From Phoronis australis (lineage: Eukaryota; Animalia; Phoronida), in NCBI GenBank assembly GCA_002633005.1, contig NMRA01000131.1, positions 46,296-110,295 on the forward strand: 64,000 bases of DNA, in the 5' to 3' direction. A model generated the notes under the pieces. The model was not told where the DNA came from, made no database searches, and saw only the letters and a program-made list of their open reading frames with translations. This document shows positions 59,961 through 64,000 of the stretch, piece by piece. The position numbers were made by a program, and so were the translations under genes. Position 1 is the first letter of the stretch. Each line of letters begins with the position of its first letter.

Positions 59961-60387
59961 CATCAACGGTCGAGCGCTTTGTGTGTTTATGCAACTGAAA
60001 AATTCGCAAGTCTAAAATCACAACACAGGTCTTTACTCTGCTGTATGGATTTCACGGAAGAAATAATTCTAATTTATCACCGAACAGATCCAAACTTACG
60101 GCGACCGACCTCGGTAAGTTGGCCCTATCGAATGGCTACGGTACATTTCTATAAATTCTTAACAGCGAAATAAAACAACTCGGTTTGTTTAAAAATTCAG
60201 TGCACTATAAGGGTTTTGCATCAAATTTGATGATTTATTGGTGTAAAACGATGAAGTCAAGCGATAAGCTGACACCAGCTATAGCGTCTAGTGAACTGCT
60301 GAATAGACTGTCAGATATCCTATGACGTCATCGGTTAATTTCAGCACCTCTGTCTGCCATCTGCTAAACGAAATGAATTTACTCTTA

Positions 60388-60687
60388 TAGTCCAGGCCCT
60401 TAACCCGAAAACGTTTACACCTCGGATTAAAGCACCAAATTTGGCACACTGGTACTTTTTGACATGCTGAATCTCATGGGGGTCGGTTGCCCAAATTTTG
60501 AGGTCAAGGTCAAGGTCAAATCTTGAAAAAACAAAATGGCCGCCAAGTAACACTTCTTTGGTTGCTTAAAGAGGTGATCACACATTTTAAGGCTATGTAA
60601 TGGTACTTTCTTAATTAGAATTCTATCAAAATGNTTAATCCGGGGTGTAAATGTTTTGGGGTTTTTGGCTGCTAAGGGACCGGACTA
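60388..60687. mobile_element. Academ-like non-autonomous DNA transposon
   Basis: TAGTCC...GGACTA termini with ~45-bp imperfect TIR; 3-bp TSD TTA; N at 60634. Confidence 0.6.
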
Positions 60688-60790
60688 TTAGTGAGTGGAA
60701 CTTGGATGTGCGTGAACTTGGAATCCTGCTTATCTCAAGATCGCGTAAGCGTGAACTTGGAATTGAATATTCATTTGGGCCATGAGCCAG

Positions 60791-60939
60791 GGTTGGGTTG
60801 CATAAAACTTCAAAATTATCCGCTGGATAAATTTGATTATTGCGTGAAGTCAGCTGCATTGTTCAACAATAACAACGTGGCTCATGATAATGCGACGTCA
60901 TTGTTGCTATGCAGCGTATTATTTTTAAGAAACTGGGCA
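60791..60939. mobile_element. PIF/Harbinger-type MITE (sister of 31297-31444)
   Basis: Reverse-complement similarity along its length; CAG TSD. Confidence 0.75.
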
Positions 60940-61598
60940 CAGGTGAATTTTTTGTTCAGTGTAAATAATTTTAATTTGTAATTGGCCTCATGATCACCCA
61001 TTGTGTGCTTTACCGTAACTTGCGTCACCGAATAGGAGGAATGTGTGAATGATTAAATCAATTATTGTTTGGTGAATAAAATCGTCTGAATAGTTGAACA
61101 AAGACTGGTTAAAATTTGCGTTAATCTATTAACATTTAATTAGTGCAGTGTAAATTTTTATAAGCGTGAACGTGATTACTTGAGTGACTAACTTGTAGTT
61201 TACACATGTATTTTAAGTTCACGCATACGCGATCTTCAGGTTACGCAAGATTCCGAATTCAGACACAGCAGAACTACTCGATCTAAATTGATACAAACTA
61301 TACGTTGTTTTAGTGGTGGCATTCTTCTTTAAGTATTAAGTTATTTTATGTAAGCTATACTGCTTCGTCCTCATTATCATATTGTTTTGATTCTCGGGGT
61401 CAGTGACTCCTTTTGGTCTTCCACTGTTGGTTTGTTTGTACCACATGATTTCTTTGTCTCGTCACAACACTGTGCCATCGTCCACGTTTCCCCTTCAATT
61501 CAGTATTTTCCATTCAATTTCTCTATAACCCTCCCTCCCTCAATCCATTTTATTACTGTTTATTCTCAATTTGCTCATGTGGTGTTGCTTTGGCATAG

Positions 61599-61745
61599 TG
61601 TTACCCACCCGTAGCTCAACATATTATATAACTTTGTATTAATCTCAACATATTATTTACATTTTGTATTTCTCAATACCTGTAGTAGTTTAGTGCTAAC
61701 TGTTACCCACCATTACAGTTCAACATATTATATAACTTTTGTATT
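61599..61745. repeat. Imperfect direct repeat of ~43 bp
   Basis: TGTTACCCACC...CAACATATTATATAACTTT(T)GTATT occurs at ~61599 and ~61701. Confidence 0.6.
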
Positions 61746-63060
61746 TATCGATATCTGCAGTACTTCAGTTTGTCATAATGTATATGACCTTTTATCTCAT
61801 CAGTTGTTTCACTGTAAACTAGCCTCGGTATCGCTTCACAGTTTGCGCATATAAATGGATTAGTAATGAGGGAGCATAAAATAGAGAGAACTATATCAAA
61901 GCTTTAAATCATTGATTAAACTATTATGTTTAAAAAAGAGGGAAATGCTGTGTACACATATTGCAATATGGTAGGTACATTTTTATTATTATTACGAAGG
62001 TCACAAGACTACATGAAAATAAAAATTCAAAGACAAAACAAATTAAATACACAGTTAGAAACAAACAGATCATCACGGTTGAAAAGAAAAATAACAATCA
62101 TGACAACAAAATTGCACTGAGTTTTGCACTTTTTAAAGCAGCTATAAACCCACAATGGATCCAAGTGAACTTTGAACTTTACATTTAGACCACCTATTGC
62201 TATAACAATGGTCTTGATGGTTCCTTGCTCAGATGAAAAGTGGTCTTGGTCTGCAAAGAACCAATAATTCGTTTTTCCTGGAAACAATGTGCATCACATA
62301 AAAGGACACACTGTGAAAAACAACATTGTAGACCAACATCAAACTGTCAATTTTTCAAAGACCTGAAATCGTCTCCAGTTTGACCAAGAAAAAAAATTTG
62401 AGACCACTTTCATAACGGCAAGTGGTCTGAACAAAAGTTTTTTTTGTGGTAGAAAACAGGTTTACCGCCACATTTAGTGTATTTCTACACATGCTAAAAG
62501 GAAATACACAATCTGCATTCACTTTTCAACACAAATTAAACATAATTGAAAAATATGTCAACAGAGGGAGCTGCCTATCTGGTAGTGCATTTAAGACCTT
62601 TCTGTATTATATAAAGTTCATCCTAACAACTAATTGCCCAAATGAATAATTGGGAAACCAGGTCACAGGATGCACATAATTTACACAATGCATTATGGGT
62701 AACCAGGTTCTTGTCAGACAGCAACTTGTTTATTCCTGCATTTTTAGAACAGCTGCTGAAATAGGAAGTTGGTGAAGTTGCAAAGGGTCAGGTCAGTAAA
62801 ACCGCAATTATAAGGAAATGACAAGCGTGTGTTAAGTTCTCAGACTTTGATTTATGTCAAATAACACACTTTGACAAAAAACACACGACGTGATAAATGA
62901 TAAAAGTAGCTGAGAAGAAATAAAGAATAATGATAAGTTTTCAATGAAACAAGAAACATTTTCTCCTAAATTTCCATGAAGAGATTCGATCATTTTTCTT
63001 TGGAAACAACTGTAGCTGTAATCCATGGAAGCATTGGTTTCATTAACATGATACCACTGA

Positions 63061-63741
63061 TCAAAACCTGGTCATACGAAAAGGTACACTTGCAGACGGC
63101 TCGCCAACTGAATCCTGGCTCTCGGTGCTGACTGGTCGATTTGACACAGGCATGTTTGTTGTGCCATGTTGCCGTGACGACAGGGTGGAGGCGGTGACCC
63201 TGGCAGCAGTACTCCCCGGGGCGAGGCTGGGGGATGGACTTAGGCTGGGTGTGGTACATCGGGAGTTGCTGAGGTCACAGTGGTCGAGTAGAGACACGAG
63301 CTCGTGGGCACTGGGACCCCCATTCACAAGAGGCACCTCGCCCTTCATAGCATGATCTAGTGCTGTGGTCAAATCCCACATCTGCAAGATGTTGGAAATA
63401 ACTTTAATGAAATAGCAACAGAGGTGTTCATAATAAAAACAACAATATTGAACTAAACACTGAAACAACCTACACTGACTACTTTGCACAAGACCCCATC
63501 TAAACATTTCTTGAACCTAACATGACTCTAAACCTTTTTTGTGCATGTTCCTATGTCTCCTAAGGGAACATTCCTTTGTTTCGTTTCATAATCCCATTCT
63601 TATATTACCTGAATACTTCCATTGGCGTGTCCCGACAGGAGATAACGCCTAGGACGTGACCCCATTCTGTTTGACCCTTCAAACTCATGAATGCAGAAAG
63701 AAGTGATGGCAGAATTATCAACTGCTTTGATCACGCATACT
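63061..63741 (-). CDS. KCTD3: Last two coding exons of KCTD3/SHKBP1-family BTB-WD40 protein (gene continues beyond the window)
   Basis: Exons 63741-63609 and 63381-63061 encode [44 protein letters not shown]|MWDLTTALD...[29 protein letters not shown], matching the recalled KCTD3 C-terminal region. Confidence 0.92.
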
Positions 63742-64000
63742 CTGTAATGTATACAATACACAACTACATACTCTGTAATGTTTTCAATACACAACTACAT
63801 ACTCTGTAATGTATACAATACACAACTACATACTCTGTAATGTATACAATACACAACTACATACTCTGTAATGTTTTCAATACACAACTACATACTCTGT
63901 AATGTATACAATACACAACTACATACTCTGTAATGTATACAATACACAACTACATACTCTGTAATGTATACAATACACAACTACATACTCTGTAATGTAT
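63736..64000. repeat. 31-bp minisatellite, at least 8.5 copies, runs off the window
   Basis: Unit CATACTCTGTAATGT(ATA/TTT)CAATACACAACTA starting at 63736, 63767, 63798 and so on; two variants in the order A-B-A-A-B-A-A-A. Confidence 0.97.

Noticed and set aside
63736-64000. CRISPR-like 31-bp repeats
   Set aside because: Units are contiguous with no unique spacers, there are no cas genes, and the context is a eukaryotic intron.

Overview
Eukaryotic, AT-rich, intron-containing animal DNA, most likely a marine invertebrate. It holds four host genes: a rolling stone (rost)-like membrane protein with an uninterrupted reading frame (+, ~13341-15074), a complete 5-exon Orthopedia homeobox gene (+, 27760-36210), an ~11-exon LRRC74-like LRR/EF-hand gene (-, 58295-42615), and the last two exons of KCTD3/SHKBP1 (-, 63741-63061). 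The rest is dense in nested mobile DNA: a near-intact Mag-type Gypsy element with 74-bp LTRs inside a head-to-tail tandem Helitron, a P/Galileo-like element with a 7-bp TSD carrying a solo LTR, nested foldback elements with terminal hairpins, a Penelope remnant with core-less hammerhead-like folds, a decayed CR1/L2-group LINE, SINE heads and MITEs. The most unusual signals are a 31-bp minisatellite made of tandem copies of a KCTD3 splice acceptor, an apparent pseudoenzyme rost protein with a ~270-aa insertion, and compensating frameshifts that remove the integrase catalytic Glu from an otherwise open Gypsy ORF. All calls were made by eye; no database search was run.
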